Under the pieces are notes generated by a model that saw nothing but the letters and a program-made list of their open reading frames with translations, ran no database searches and was not told the origin of the DNA. Positions 19,747 through 29,402 of a stretch of 64,000 nt of DNA are shown piece by piece. Both the position numbers and the translations under genes were made by a program. The stretch lies in the IMG/VR virus record IMGVR_UViG_3300032287_004484, positions 226,275 through 290,274 of that record; one strand, given 5' to 3'. Position 1 is the first letter of the stretch, and each line of letters starts with the position of its first letter.

Positions 19747-20271
19747 ATGAAAACAGAACCATGGATTCAAAAACAATACTTCTCACAAGAAGAAGCATTT
19801 AAAATTGGGGAATCTGAATTTTTTAATTTTTTTGAAAGCAAAAAATTAAAATTTGGAGTAGCATTAACATCTGGAGTTGTTGGTACAATTAGTAATTATC
19901 ACGCAGTTAGACACCAAATATCTGAATCAAGGTTCGATATGATAGGCTCTCATTATGCTGATATATACGCTATTGGATTAACTGCTTTTTTAGATATGAT
20001 GATTATAGTTTTTTATCTTATGAGGGATAAAAAATTAATTAACATATCTACTTTTTCAACATTCACTATTTCTGTATATGCTAACTTGATGTTATCTCTT
20101 CACAGTGCTGGTGGATCAACTTTTAAAAATTTACTTCTTAGTTTTTTAGATCCTGGACAATTTTTTCATTTATTCGTATCTTTAACTATGGCGACACTTC
20201 CAATCTTTGTATTAAAACACTGTATGGGATTATTAGTTCAACAATTAGAAAGTGAAAAAACTAACGCTTAA
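19747..20271 (+). CDS. membrane protein (DUF2637-like)
   Basis: Four hydrophobic segments; AFLDMM and SVYANL pattern. Confidence 0.55.
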   Translation: MKTEPWIQKQYFSQEEAFKIGESEFFNFFESKKLKFGVALTSGVVGTISNYHAVRHQISESRFDMIGSHYADIYAIGLTAFLDMMIIVFYLMRDKKLINISTFSTFTISVYANLMLSLHSAGGSTFKNLLLSFLDPGQFFHLFVSLTMATLPIFVLKHCMGLLVQQLESEKTNA

Positions 20272-20284
20272 GCGTTAGTTTTTT
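20255..20284. terminator. perfect 30-bp palindrome, probably a bidirectional terminator
   Basis: AAAAAACTAACGCTTAAGCGTTAGTTTTTT, overlapping the stop of 19747..20271. Confidence 0.75.
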
Positions 20285-20356
20285 GTTTAGATGTTAATAT
20301 TTTAGGATTAATCATTGTATTAAAATGTAAGTATAATTATCTAGTAGGTAATAAAA

Positions 20357-20692
20357 TTGAAAGAAAATTCTATTGTTAGACAATTAGTAAAAGTTTTAGA
20401 AGAAAAAACTCTAAAAAGAAAACAAATGATTGAAGAAATTTGGAGAATCTCTGGAAGAAAAGATCCAATTAATTATTCATCTTGGTCAACAAACATTACT
20501 AAATTATATCAACTTGGTATTTTAAGAAAGCATAAGAAAATAGGATATTGGTGTGTACCTGGAACTTCTAAATTAAAATATTTTTATACTGGACCTTTTA
20601 ATTATATAAAAGAAGGTATTATAAATGAAGATGATCTTACACACCTTATGGTTAAAAAATTTGTAGAACAAAATGCTGATCAATTTATTTAA
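20357..20692 (+). CDS. hypothetical protein, possible winged helix
   Basis: Helical basic N-half, NITKLYQLGILRK. Confidence 0.5.
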   Translation: MKENSIVRQLVKVLEEKTLKRKQMIEEIWRISGRKDPINYSSWSTNITKLYQLGILRKHKKIGYWCVPGTSKLKYFYTGPFNYIKEGIINEDDLTHLMVKKFVEQNADQFI

Positions 20693-20730
20693 AAATAAAC
20701 ATTCATTTTATTAATAAATAAAATGAGTTA

Positions 20731-21027
20731 ATGAATGATTATATTAGTGTCTCAAAATTTAACGATTCTGTTATTATTTACATTTATAGAAAAAATTATG
20801 TTTATTCAAATCTTATTATTACTTTTATGAATCCAACTAAATATTTAACTCTTAGAAGGAAATTAAAAAATAATTGGTTTGTATATTACACGACTATGCC
20901 TTTTACAAAAAATAAAAATCAACTTATAAATAAAGATAAACTTAGGTATTTATTATCTATTTCTTTTAATAAAGAAAACAATAGTAATTTTCATGTAGAA
21001 CATGGCTTTGAGGAGTATTTTATATAA
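20731..21027 (+). CDS. small tagged accessory protein (FEEYFI)
   Basis: C-terminal tag. Confidence 0.65.
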   Translation: MNDYISVSKFNDSVIIYIYRKNYVYSNLIITFMNPTKYLTLRRKLKNNWFVYYTTMPFTKNKNQLINKDKLRYLLSISFNKENNSNFHVEHGFEEYFI

Positions 21028-21266
21028 TGATATTTTCAAAATTTGAGATCAATTAATTGAAAAATATTTTAAATATTTAAAAACATTAAAAATAAGTGAT
21101 CAAAATTTAATCAGTTTTCAAGTTTAAACATTCAAATATATTTACTATATAATAATAATAGGGAATATTTTTATTATAAACACATAATAGAGGAAAATAT
21201 TTTTGAATAGCGATATAATAACACTTAAAGATATTTATGAAATTACTAAAAACACTGGAAAACTGA

Positions 21267-21773
21267 ATGGCTTTTATGAACATGATTTATCAAACTTCTT
21301 ATGCTGAAGCAAAAAAAATTCTTAAAGATTGTAAAAAGAGTAAAAAAAGGGATCTTGAGAACGAAAAAAGATTATTAAGATATAAAGAGTATGCAATTTA
21401 TTATGCTAGTAATATTATTAAAGGTAGATGGGAAGATTTAGAAAAAAATTTTTTAAGATCAAATGGAAGAGTTAATTCTAAAGAAATCGTTCTTTATTGT
21501 CGTAGAGTAATAAAAAAAAGATGGATAAAAAGTGAAAAAAAGATTTTATTATATTCTGATGCTTCTTATTATTATTCTCTTTATATAATAAAAGGTAGAT
21601 GGGAAAAAGGAGAAAAAAAAATATCTAATAGTCCATATTATTCTTTTTTATATGCTAAGCATGTTTTAAAAGATTATTTTGAATTAGGAAATGAAATTAT
21701 TTTAGATTCTGACTATGCTAACGATTATAGACAATTTTTAATTGATATAAATAAGGTAGAATATTTATTGTGA
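21267..21773 (+). CDS. solenoid-repeat family protein (VEYLL)
   Basis: Repeats YYASNIIKGRWEDLE, YYYSLYIIKGRWEKGE. Confidence 0.75.
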   Translation: MAFMNMIYQTSYAEAKKILKDCKKSKKRDLENEKRLLRYKEYAIYYASNIIKGRWEDLEKNFLRSNGRVNSKEIVLYCRRVIKKRWIKSEKKILLYSDASYYYSLYIIKGRWEKGEKKISNSPYYSFLYAKHVLKDYFELGNEIILDSDYANDYRQFLIDINKVEYLL

Positions 21774-22048
21774 ATTGTTATTTAGTGTATAGTTTATATA
21801 TAAATAAAATTGATGTATTTTACTTATATTTTAAAAAAGAAGAAAAAATAAAAATGTTTTCTTTTGCTGGGACTATATGTAACATTGATCCATTATCAAC
21901 AGAAGGTTTTAACGAAGTGTTTCCAACTAATAGCTGGAAAAGAATACCATTTAATGAGGATAATATATATGAGATAAAAAATGAAATAACAGCGTTATCT
22001 GAAAAACAATTTTTAGAAAAATTAAAACTACAAGAGTGGCAAATTTAA
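21770..22048 (+). CDS. small tagged accessory protein (LQEWQI)
   Basis: Coupled chain, C-terminal tag. Confidence 0.65.
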   Translation: MNCYLVYSLYINKIDVFYLYFKKEEKIKMFSFAGTICNIDPLSTEGFNEVFPTNSWKRIPFNEDNIYEIKNEITALSEKQFLEKLKLQEWQI

Positions 22049-22326
22049 TGAAAAATAAAAAAAGATTATATATAGAAGATTCAAAGATAACAAATAAAAT
22101 ACTTAATATTTTAGTTATAGATACCGATAAAGATATAGTTATACATCAAAAAAAAGAATTTAAAATAAAAAAAATAGAAACATATTATAAAAATATTATT
22201 AAAGATTCAATACCAATATCAGATAAATATTATGAACTGTTTAGTAAAATAAATTTAATTCATTTTTGTTGTTTAAATAGACAAGAATTTTTACAAGCAT
22301 GTTTATTGGAGGAATGGACATTATGA
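22036..22326 (+). CDS. small tagged accessory protein (LEEWTL)
   Basis: Coupled chain, C-terminal tag. Confidence 0.65.
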   Translation: MANLMKNKKRLYIEDSKITNKILNILVIDTDKDIVIHQKKEFKIKKIETYYKNIIKDSIPISDKYYELFSKINLIHFCCLNRQEFLQACLLEEWTL

Positions 22327-22803
22327 ATAATACTTTTTATCAAGGATTAAAAGGTAAAAATATATATCAAATAATAGATCAATATCTTGATAATCGTAAT
22401 GAATTTAAAATTCTTTATAAGCAAAAAGATAAAGATAAATTTTTTGTTAAAAATGAAAAAGATTTTTTCAAAATCTTTAAAAAGACTTTTTTATGAAAAT
22501 AAAAATTCTTTTTTGTTATATAACGATAGGAACTATTTTAGGTTTAATTTTTTATTTCTTAGACGATTCTTATATTGAAGAACAAGATAAAATAAAGATG
22601 TTTGCTTTGTTTTCTCTTTTTTATCCAATAATGATAATTATAAGAATATTGTTATTTTTTAAGAAAAGATAAAAAGTAATTAGTTTTTAATTTATCATCT
22701 ATATAATACTCATTTCTTTTATTAGAAGAAACATCCTCACAATGATGCTTCTTTCCATCTTTAATAACTTGCTTACATGTTCCACAAATTAAAACTTCTT
22801 TCT

Positions 22804-23088
22804 TCATTTTATCCATCCTTTATACCATTGTAAAATTACTATTTTTGCTTCACTTGATTTACGATTCATTTTTTTATATCTAGGTGCTAGAACTGGACAA
22901 TCTATTTTTTCTAAAGCTTTTTGAAGATCTTGAAATTCTTCAATATCAAACTGTTCAAAAATATTATTATCTCCAAAATTACACTTTTTATTAAAAATAC
23001 TAAAAGCTTCAAACTTTGAAAACTCGCCGCCAATTATTGCTCCAGAATAATCTTCAGAACCTTTTTTACTTATTTTATATATACTCAC
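22804..23088 (-). CDS. hypothetical protein
   Basis: AGGAG SD; promoter motif at 23131-23148. Confidence 0.6.
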   Translation of the reverse strand: MSIYKISKKGSEDYSGAIIGGEFSKFEAFSIFNKKCNFGDNNIFEQFDIEEFQDLQKALEKIDCPVLAPRYKKMNRKSSEAKIVILQWYKGWIK

Positions 23089-23158
23089 GCTATTTCTCCT
23101 TCTAGTATATAGAATACTAGAATTTTGAGTAGATGCATAAACCTAAAAGTATATCATA

Positions 23159-23494
23159 TTAAATTAGATATTCCTCTAATTTAAGAGTTGTAAAAAGATC
23201 CTCTAAACTTTGACTAAAAATTTGATTAGGATGAAGTCCTAATATATAATTTAATTGTTGAGGTGTCAAAACAAATACTTCATCCTCAGGATAACTAACT
23301 AAATACTCTTCATATAATTCATCGTTTAAAATAAAATCAACATAGTTATCACCTATTAAATCATTTTTTTTATCAAACTCATTAACGATTGATGGATCAT
23401 ATATTTTTTTATTTTCTAAATCAAATAAAACGCATTCAATTATTTGATGATTAATTTGATGGCAATTAAGATAAATATAATAACTGTTTTTCAT
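23159..23494 (-). CDS. small tagged accessory protein (LEEYLI)
   Basis: Tag present although followed by a promoter rather than a coupled gene. Confidence 0.7.
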   Translation of the reverse strand: MKNSYYIYLNCHQINHQIIECVLFDLENKKIYDPSIVNEFDKKNDLIGDNYVDFILNDELYEEYLVSYPEDEVFVLTPQQLNYILGLHPNQIFSQSLEDLFTTLKLEEYLI

Positions 23495-23883
23495 ATCACT
23501 AGCTCATATAATTTATTTTCAATAAAATATTCATTAATATATTCTGATTTCATAGATTTTGGTCTATTCCTTTTTAAGTTAAAAAAAGTTTTTAAATTTA
23601 AAGGATACATTTTTTTTATATTAACATCATATATATGATCATATTTAACATCCTTTAAAAGTAATCTTTCTAAATTAAAAGTTTTTTTGATATCATAACG
23701 TTTATCAAAATAACGAAATTCCATTAAAACGTTATCTTTAACGTCCACATAATGATATTCAGAAAAATAAGATATAAAATAATAATTATTAAAATTAATT
23801 AAATCTAATTTATATCCATATAAATTACCATTATTAACGTAATTATCATCAATAATATGAACGTAATATCCTTCAAATTTCAA
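23491..23883 (-). CDS. small tagged accessory protein (LYELVI), paralog of 25314..25658
   Basis: LDLINFNNYYFI vs LCLIDFNNYYVI. Confidence 0.7.
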   Translation of the reverse strand: MKFEGYYVHIIDDNYVNNGNLYGYKLDLINFNNYYFISYFSEYHYVDVKDNVLMEFRYFDKRYDIKKTFNLERLLLKDVKYDHIYDVNIKKMYPLNLKTFFNLKRNRPKSMKSEYINEYFIENKLYELVI

Positions 23884-24200
23884 AGTAAATGTTCACTCAA
23901 ATTATTTTCTAATAAGATGTTACGATATTGATTAATAGATTCTTCTAACTGAAATACTTTAGACGATAGAGCGTCATTTTCTTCTTGTAAGGTATCAATT
24001 TCAACTCTGTACTCTGAATTTGCACCTAGAGAGTCTGATATATCATCTTCTAATCTTGAACACTCATTTATTTTTTCTACGTAATCATAAAAAACATTCT
24101 CAATTTTGTCTAGTAGAGTTCCTCCTCTAGAAACATTAAATTCATCTTTATATTTATATAATAAAGATTCTATATCATTATAAAATTTTTCATAATCCAT
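23880..24200 (-). CDS. coiled-coil tagged protein (LSEHLL) directly downstream of the pistol ribozyme
   Basis: True start MDYEK at 24200, with GGAG 8 nt upstream. Confidence 0.75.
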   Translation of the reverse strand: MDYEKFYNDIESLLYKYKDEFNVSRGGTLLDKIENVFYDYVEKINECSRLEDDISDSLGANSEYRVEIDTLQEENDALSSKVFQLEESINQYRNILLENNLSEHLL

Positions 24201-24208
24201 ATTATGAT

Positions 24209-24282
24209 CTCCACCGCACAAACCATTTTAAAGAGTGTGCACGCTCTGGCTTAAGGAACTATTTAAAGTCGCCAGGACGACT
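24209..24282 (-). ncRNA. pistol self-cleaving ribozyme
   Basis: Minus strand AGTCG-TCCTGG-CGACT-TTAAATAG-TTCC-TTAAG-CCAGA-GCG-TGCAC-loop-GTGCG-G^T-GGAG: P1, pseudoknot, conserved UUAAAUAG, UUAAG and GCG, P3, P2 and GU cleavage site all fit the pistol consensus. Confidence 0.88.
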
Positions 24283-24317
24283 GCTAGGAAAAATTAAGGG
24301 ATATTGGTAATTCTTTT

Positions 24318-24626
24318 TTAAATATATGCCTCTAATAATCCTAATCTAAATATAAAATCTTTTACATCTATATTTTGAATTTCATAGTTAGTCATTTTTA
24401 ATATTTTTTTAAAGATATCATTATCAATAAAATATTTATAATAATTTTCTTTATTAAAAGATTTTATTATTTCTTGATTTTTAGATTTACTTACTTCTTG
24501 TCCTAACATATAAAAAGTCATTGTAAAAAAATTATTATCACTATGATAGTTATTACCTTTATTATCATATAATAATAACCCTTTTATAGAATCTCCTTCT
24601 AATCTTATATATAAAATATTATCCAT
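24318..24626 (-). CDS. small tagged accessory protein (LLEAYI)
   Basis: Behind promoter motif 24656-24672. Confidence 0.7.
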   Translation of the reverse strand: MDNILYIRLEGDSIKGLLLYDNKGNNYHSDNNFFTMTFYMLGQEVSKSKNQEIIKSFNKENYYKYFIDNDIFKKILKMTNYEIQNIDVKDFIFRLGLLEAYI

Positions 24627-24757
24627 TTGTAACTATTATATAATTATTTTAGATAAGTGTTTAAACCTAAAATTCTGTATAGGATATTCTTTTGGGTTTA
24701 GTCACTATTAAATTTTTAGTTTATTATTTAACTAGATAAATAAAAAGAGGCAAAATT

Positions 24758-25312
24758 ATGAAATTATAAATTAAAGAAATTTATACCTTCAATGGAAAAG
24801 AGTATGATTCTCTTGAACAATTAAAAGAAGCTAAAATCAAATATAATCAACAATTATTAGAGGAGTCACCTCAGAAAAAAAGTAATTTTTCTCTTATTCC
24901 AGTTTACGATGTTGATATTTCTAATTTAATTTTTCATCACGAAATTTATGATGAGGCTACTTTATTAGATTTAGTTGAAATGCGTCAAAAATTATCCAAC
25001 GAACAGTATCGTTATGTGCTACCTACTTATTCTGAAATAAAAAAATTACAAACTTTAAAACTTATTCCTGAATGGTTGCCTTTAAAAGAATTTTGGACTT
25101 CTACTAGATTTTTATATAACACTTATATTTCTTACGATAATGAAAGAAAAGTTTTTAATGATATTTATCCACAATATAAAAGAATGGCATTTCTTCTTAA
25201 AAAAGAAAATAAACAAGAATCTTGGTTTAGAGATCCTCCAATTCCAAATTCAATCGACGAAATGATTTATCTTGATGAGAAACAAAAAGGTAAAATTATT
25301 TATTCCTATTAA
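24758..25312 (+). pseudogene. Lcl/DUF1566-like protein with an in-frame TAA at codon 4
   Basis: GAGG SD and ATG 24758 are in frame with track ORF 24980..25312; single TAA at 24767-24769; YVLPTYSEI and EFWTST motifs. Confidence 0.55.
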
Positions 25313-25313
25313 T

Positions 25314-25658
25314 TCAAATAATCAATTCAAATAATTGATGCTTCTTAAAAAAATCGTTTAATGATTCTTCTGTTAAGTGTTTTGGTGTATCGTTAGATAA
25401 TTTTTGAAAATCTTTAAAAGATAACTCGTGCATTTTATTTATTTGACAATCATAATAACCATTAAAATAATGTTTAAAAACAATAAGATCTTCTTCTGTT
25501 TTAAAAAAATCAAAAATAACTTTTTGTTTATTAATTAATAAATTATCAACATTGTGAAAAATTATAACATAATAATTATTAAAATCAATTAAACATAATT
25601 CTTTATATTTTGTATGATCATAATCGTTTATACATAAATAATAATCAATAAATTTCAT
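25314..25658 (-). CDS. small tagged accessory protein (LFELII)
   Basis: C-terminal tag; paralog of 23491..23883. Confidence 0.7.
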   Translation of the reverse strand: MKFIDYYLCINDYDHTKYKELCLIDFNNYYVIIFHNVDNLLINKQKVIFDFFKTEEDLIVFKHYFNGYYDCQINKMHELSFKDFQKLSNDTPKHLTEESLNDFFKKHQLFELII

Positions 25659-26023
25659 ATATAATCTTGCATGTTTAAAATGTATTCTTTTAAAAAGTCA
25701 TCTATTTTTTCTATTGCATATTCTAAAGTATCCTTGTAATTATAATATCGAAAATAAATTGAATACTTATGTTTTAATTCAAATTTAAAACTTTTTTTAG
25801 GGAAAACCCATTGTATTTTAGATATTGTTAGTGACCAATTTTGTTTTTTTAGTTTAAAGGAAATATAATTTTTATCCTTTTGTTTAAATGAAACTTCTGT
25901 ATTAGGATTTCTAAAATTAATTGGAATATTTGTATTGATTATAATAAATTTATCAGTTTCTTTAAAATTATTAATCATTGTATATTTTTGTAATTCTTTT
26001 TTTATTATTTGTAAATTATCCAT
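25655..26023 (-). CDS. accessory protein (ends MQDYI)
   Basis: Behind promoter motif 26051-26068. Confidence 0.6.
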   Translation of the reverse strand: MDNLQIIKKELQKYTMINNFKETDKFIIINTNIPINFRNPNTEVSFKQKDKNYISFKLKKQNWSLTISKIQWVFPKKSFKFELKHKYSIYFRYYNYKDTLEYAIEKIDDFLKEYILNMQDYI

Positions 26024-26132
26024 AACTATATTTTATACTAATAGTAATTAGATGTTTAATCCTAAAAATTGAACAGTTAGAATTTTTATAAAAACTTTAA
26101 ATATGTTTTGATTAAATATATAATATAAATAT

Positions 26133-26330
26133 ATGAAACAGGAAATAATAGTTCTAGTGGTATATTTGATTGTAATAGTTTTAGTTATTGGACTTATAAC
26201 GCAAGTAGTATGGAACAGTCTTATATCAGATATATTTTCATTAAGACAAATTTCTTATTTAGAGTCAGTAGTTTTAAATATTTTTTTTAGAATATCTTTT
26301 CAAGGATTTGAATTTAACCCCAAGGAATAA
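26133..26330 (+). CDS. small membrane protein
   Basis: Hydrophobic; VWNSLISDIFSLRQISYLES pattern. Confidence 0.6.
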   Translation: MKQEIIVLVVYLIVIVLVIGLITQVVWNSLISDIFSLRQISYLESVVLNIFFRISFQGFEFNPKE

Positions 26331-26372
26331 TCAATTTTTATTCATAGTTTATCACCCCTTAAACAAACACTC

Positions 26373-26398
26373 GCCATCTTAGGATGGCATTTTTTTTT
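26373..26398 (+). terminator. intrinsic terminator
   Basis: GCCATC-TTAG-GATGGC then T-run. Confidence 0.75.
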
Positions 26399-26686
26399 AA
26401 ACATAAGTAATTTTAAATTCTATAATAAATAAAGGAATTTAAAATTGAATAATAAGAAAATTTTAATGCATCTTATTTCAACTTATGGATCACTAAGTCA
26501 CAATCAAAATCAAAAAATAATAGATGGTTTTTTTAATCAATCAAAAGATATTTTTAAAATTAAAGATTTTATAGAATATTATAATTCTAACGCTAATAAA
26601 CCTATTAATGATTATGCTTTATCCATGTATTTTAGATATATGAAGTGAACATTTTAAATTTTTAAATAATTTTATACAGGTGACAA

Positions 26687-27124
26687 ATGATTGATATAGA
26701 GTGGAACGATAAATTTAATAGTTTTTATAATTGGTATGAAATAAATGATCTTATTGCTGAATCAGAATGGGATTTAGTTCCAGATGATTTATTAATTTTT
26801 TATGTTAATTCACATAAAGATAAAATTGATAATCATATATGGACTAACAAAGTTCATAATACATTAAAAAAAGCAAGTCAGACTTATAATTATAAATATG
26901 GTTTTTTTGATTTTAGAGATAAAAATCAAAAATGTAAAGTAGTGTTATATAAAAATCCAAATAAAATAGATGTTTCTAAAAATAAATTTTGGCTGATTTG
27001 TAATGAGAAAGTAGATTTTATTAAAAAATATAATTCTCTTGAAGATGCTCAAGACGATTTATTTATAACTTCTCAAAAAAGAGAAGACGATTTATTTCTC
27101 TTAGAAACAAAAAATTTTAGATAA
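26687..27124 (+). CDS. hypothetical protein
   Basis: 145-aa ORF. Confidence 0.6.
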   Translation: MIDIEWNDKFNSFYNWYEINDLIAESEWDLVPDDLLIFYVNSHKDKIDNHIWTNKVHNTLKKASQTYNYKYGFFDFRDKNQKCKVVLYKNPNKIDVSKNKFWLICNEKVDFIKKYNSLEDAQDDLFITSQKREDDLFLLETKNFR

Positions 27125-27212
27125 AACATATTTTTAAATTTAATTTTATATAATATTTATAGAGTTAATCAAAGATTAATTCTACACACAACACACACAA
27201 GAGGTAGAAAAT

Positions 27213-27458
27213 ATGACAGCTTATGAAATTAGGCTAAAATTGCTAGAAATGGCACAAAGTTTATTGATTGAAAAGTACAATCAAGAAAATGAGATTGAAA
27301 GAATAAATTGGGAAAAAAAAGTAAATGATGCAGAGAGAACTGGCTCAGCATTACCAATTTATGAGAGAAAATCTTCCTTCCCCAGTGAAGATGACATTAT
27401 CAAAAAAGCTAAAGTTTTAAATCAATTTGTTTCATCTAAAGGTGGTTCTTATGAATGA
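27213..27458 (+). CDS. conserved small phage protein (YEIRLKLLEMA family), tandem paralog 1
   Basis: FPSEDDIIKKA..LNQFV; CA-rich leader. Confidence 0.75.
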   Translation: MTAYEIRLKLLEMAQSLLIEKYNQENEIERINWEKKVNDAERTGSALPIYERKSSFPSEDDIIKKAKVLNQFVSSKGGSYE

Positions 27459-27678
27459 GATGGAAATAAAATTGAATGTTTTAAAAATGGCTAAAGATAT
27501 AATTGTTGATAGATATTTTAATAAAAAAGAAGTTCTAATATGTAATTGGCAAGCAGGTTTGAACGTAGCCGAAAAAAGTGGTAAGGATTATCCAGATTGG
27601 AAATCAAATCTGGATTTTCCAGATGAAGATGAAGTTATTAAAATGGCAAAACTTTTTAATGATTTTATTTTTAATTAA
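27451..27678 (+). CDS. tandem paralog 2 of 27213..27458
   Basis: MEIKLNVLKMAKD...FPDEDEVIKMA..FNDFI; start MNEME at 27451. Confidence 0.7.
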   Translation: MNEMEIKLNVLKMAKDIIVDRYFNKKEVLICNWQAGLNVAEKSGKDYPDWKSNLDFPDEDEVIKMAKLFNDFIFN

Positions 27679-27688
27679 TTAAAAGCTT

Positions 27689-27717
27689 AACCTCTCTCTA
27701 TCATTGAGAGAGGTTTT
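27689..27717 (+). terminator. intrinsic terminator
   Basis: AACCTCTCTC/GAGAGAGGTT stem. Confidence 0.7.
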
Positions 27718-27796
27718 AATAATGATTAATTTTTGGGTTTTATCACTCTATTAAGAATATATTACAATATATTTATTAAGTTAATGGAGAATAAAA

Positions 27797-28228
27797 GTGT
27801 TAAAAATAGAAATAGTATATAAAGACAGTCAAGGGAATATTCTTAAAAAAGAAGATATTCAAAAACAAAAGATTTCAAAAATTAGAACAATTAACCCTAA
27901 TTTAGTTGATTCTTCTGGTTTTTATTATAAAACAAGAAAATCAAAAAACTCAGCAGTTAAGGTTTATTCAAAACAACCAGAAGTAATTCCTTCTTTTTGT
28001 TTCAAAGAAGATTCAGCTTCTATAAAAATTGAAAACCAAAAATTCTTTTTAAGTTATGATAAAAATAAAAATCAAGGTGAACTCTATCAAAAAATAGATC
28101 CAACTCTAGTGAAGAATTTTCTTAAAGATCAAAAAAGAATGATCAAACAAATCAGACTTGAAATTGAAAAAATTGAAGAAGCTAAAATTGACGAAGAATC
28201 ATTTTTAAAATTAGTAGAAACAGTATAA
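27797..28228 (+). CDS. hypothetical protein
   Basis: 143-aa ORF behind promoter motif 27731. Confidence 0.6.
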   Translation: MLKIEIVYKDSQGNILKKEDIQKQKISKIRTINPNLVDSSGFYYKTRKSKNSAVKVYSKQPEVIPSFCFKEDSASIKIENQKFFLSYDKNKNQGELYQKIDPTLVKNFLKDQKRMIKQIRLEIEKIEEAKIDEESFLKLVETV

Positions 28229-28411
28229 GGAGAATTAAAAAATGTTAGAAACTTTTTCTTTTATAGCAGTATTAATAGTTGGTTTATTAGCTGTTATTTC
28301 ATCTTTAGCATGTGAAATCAATAACAAAAAATACACATCTAAAAAAAATTGAAATACAATAAAAATATCCACTTTTAAATAAGTGGATATTTATTTTAAA
28401 AAGGAAGTTAA

Positions 28412-29341
28412 ATGAGAAATATATATATCCTTTATGGCCCACCTCTATCTGGTAAAACAACTTTTTCTAACCTTATAACTAAATACGATAAAGACATAAA
28501 AATTGTTTCAAGAGATGTTATTAGAGATAATTTAAACGATCACTCTAATTTACCTGAGATTGAAACCATAATAACTAAAATAGAGGAATCTTATTTTTCA
28601 TCTTTAATTACTCAATACGATATTATTTGTGATAATACTTTTTCTAAAGTTAAATACATTAAAGACTTCCTTAATTTAATAAAAAAAAGTAAAATAAAAA
28701 TTAAGGTTCGTCTTGTTGATTTTAGTGATATACCGTTTGATACACTATTAGAAAGATCTTTAAATCGTGATAGAAAAGTTGATCTGGTAGTAATTAAAAA
28801 ATTTTTTACAAGGTGTAAACAAAATTTAAAAAGTGTTATTGAATTAATTAATAATTTTAATAACGATTCTTCTTTTATTTCTGAATATAAACCAACAATC
28901 ATTAGTAAAATACCAATTATTAATAATAACGATAGGGCTATAATTGTTGATATAGATGGAACACTATCTCATAGTGGCGGATTAAGAAGTCCATTTGAAT
29001 ATGATAAAGTTATTAATGATGATATAGACGAAATTATTAGAGATATAGTTACTTCTTATAAAAATTCAAATCACAAAATAATAATTGTTTCAGGAAGGGA
29101 AGATTCTTGCTATAACATGACTTGTGATTGGTTAAATAAATATCGTGTTCCTTTTGATTTTTTATACATGAGAAAATATAAAGATTTTAGAAAAGATGCT
29201 ATTGTTAAAAAAGAAATATTTGATAAATATATTAAAGATAATTATAATGTTCTTTTTTGTTTAGATGATAGAAATCAAGTTGTAGAAATGTGGAGAAGCA
29301 TCGGAGTTAAATGTTTACAGGTTCAAGAAGGAAATTTTTAA
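28412..29341 (+). CDS. pseT: polynucleotide 5'-kinase / 3'-phosphatase (PseT/Pnkp-like)
   Basis: GPPLSGKTT kinase P-loop; HAD motif DIDGTL, SGR, DDR. Confidence 0.93.
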   Translation: MRNIYILYGPPLSGKTTFSNLITKYDKDIKIVSRDVIRDNLNDHSNLPEIETIITKIEESYFSSLITQYDIICDNTFSKVKYIKDFLNLIKKSKIKIKVRLVDFSDIPFDTLLERSLNRDRKVDLVVIKKFFTRCKQNLKSVIELINNFNNDSSFISEYKPTIISKIPIINNNDRAIIVDIDGTLSHSGGLRSPFEYDKVINDDIDEIIRDIVTSYKNSNHKIIIVSGREDSCYNMTCDWLNKYRVPFDFLYMRKYKDFRKDAIVKKEIFDKYIKDNYNVLFCLDDRNQVVEMWRSIGVKCLQVQEGNF

Positions 29342-29402
29342 ATAAAAACATTTATTTGATTAAAAATAAAATATATACTAATCTTAAAAATAAGGCAACA
29401 AG

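Noticed and set aside
22536-22550. Promoter-like TTTTAGGTTTAAT
   Set aside because: Lies inside a small hydrophobic ORF (ILGLIF) and lacks the CACT and -10 elements.
24211-24285. Plus-strand resemblance to a c-di-GMP-I (GEMM) riboswitch (GCACA-AACCATT..AAAGAGTG..ACGC)
   Set aside because: The ligand-pocket segments (GGGC, GCAAAG) are missing, flanking genes are on the minus strand, and the minus strand fits the pistol consensus far better.
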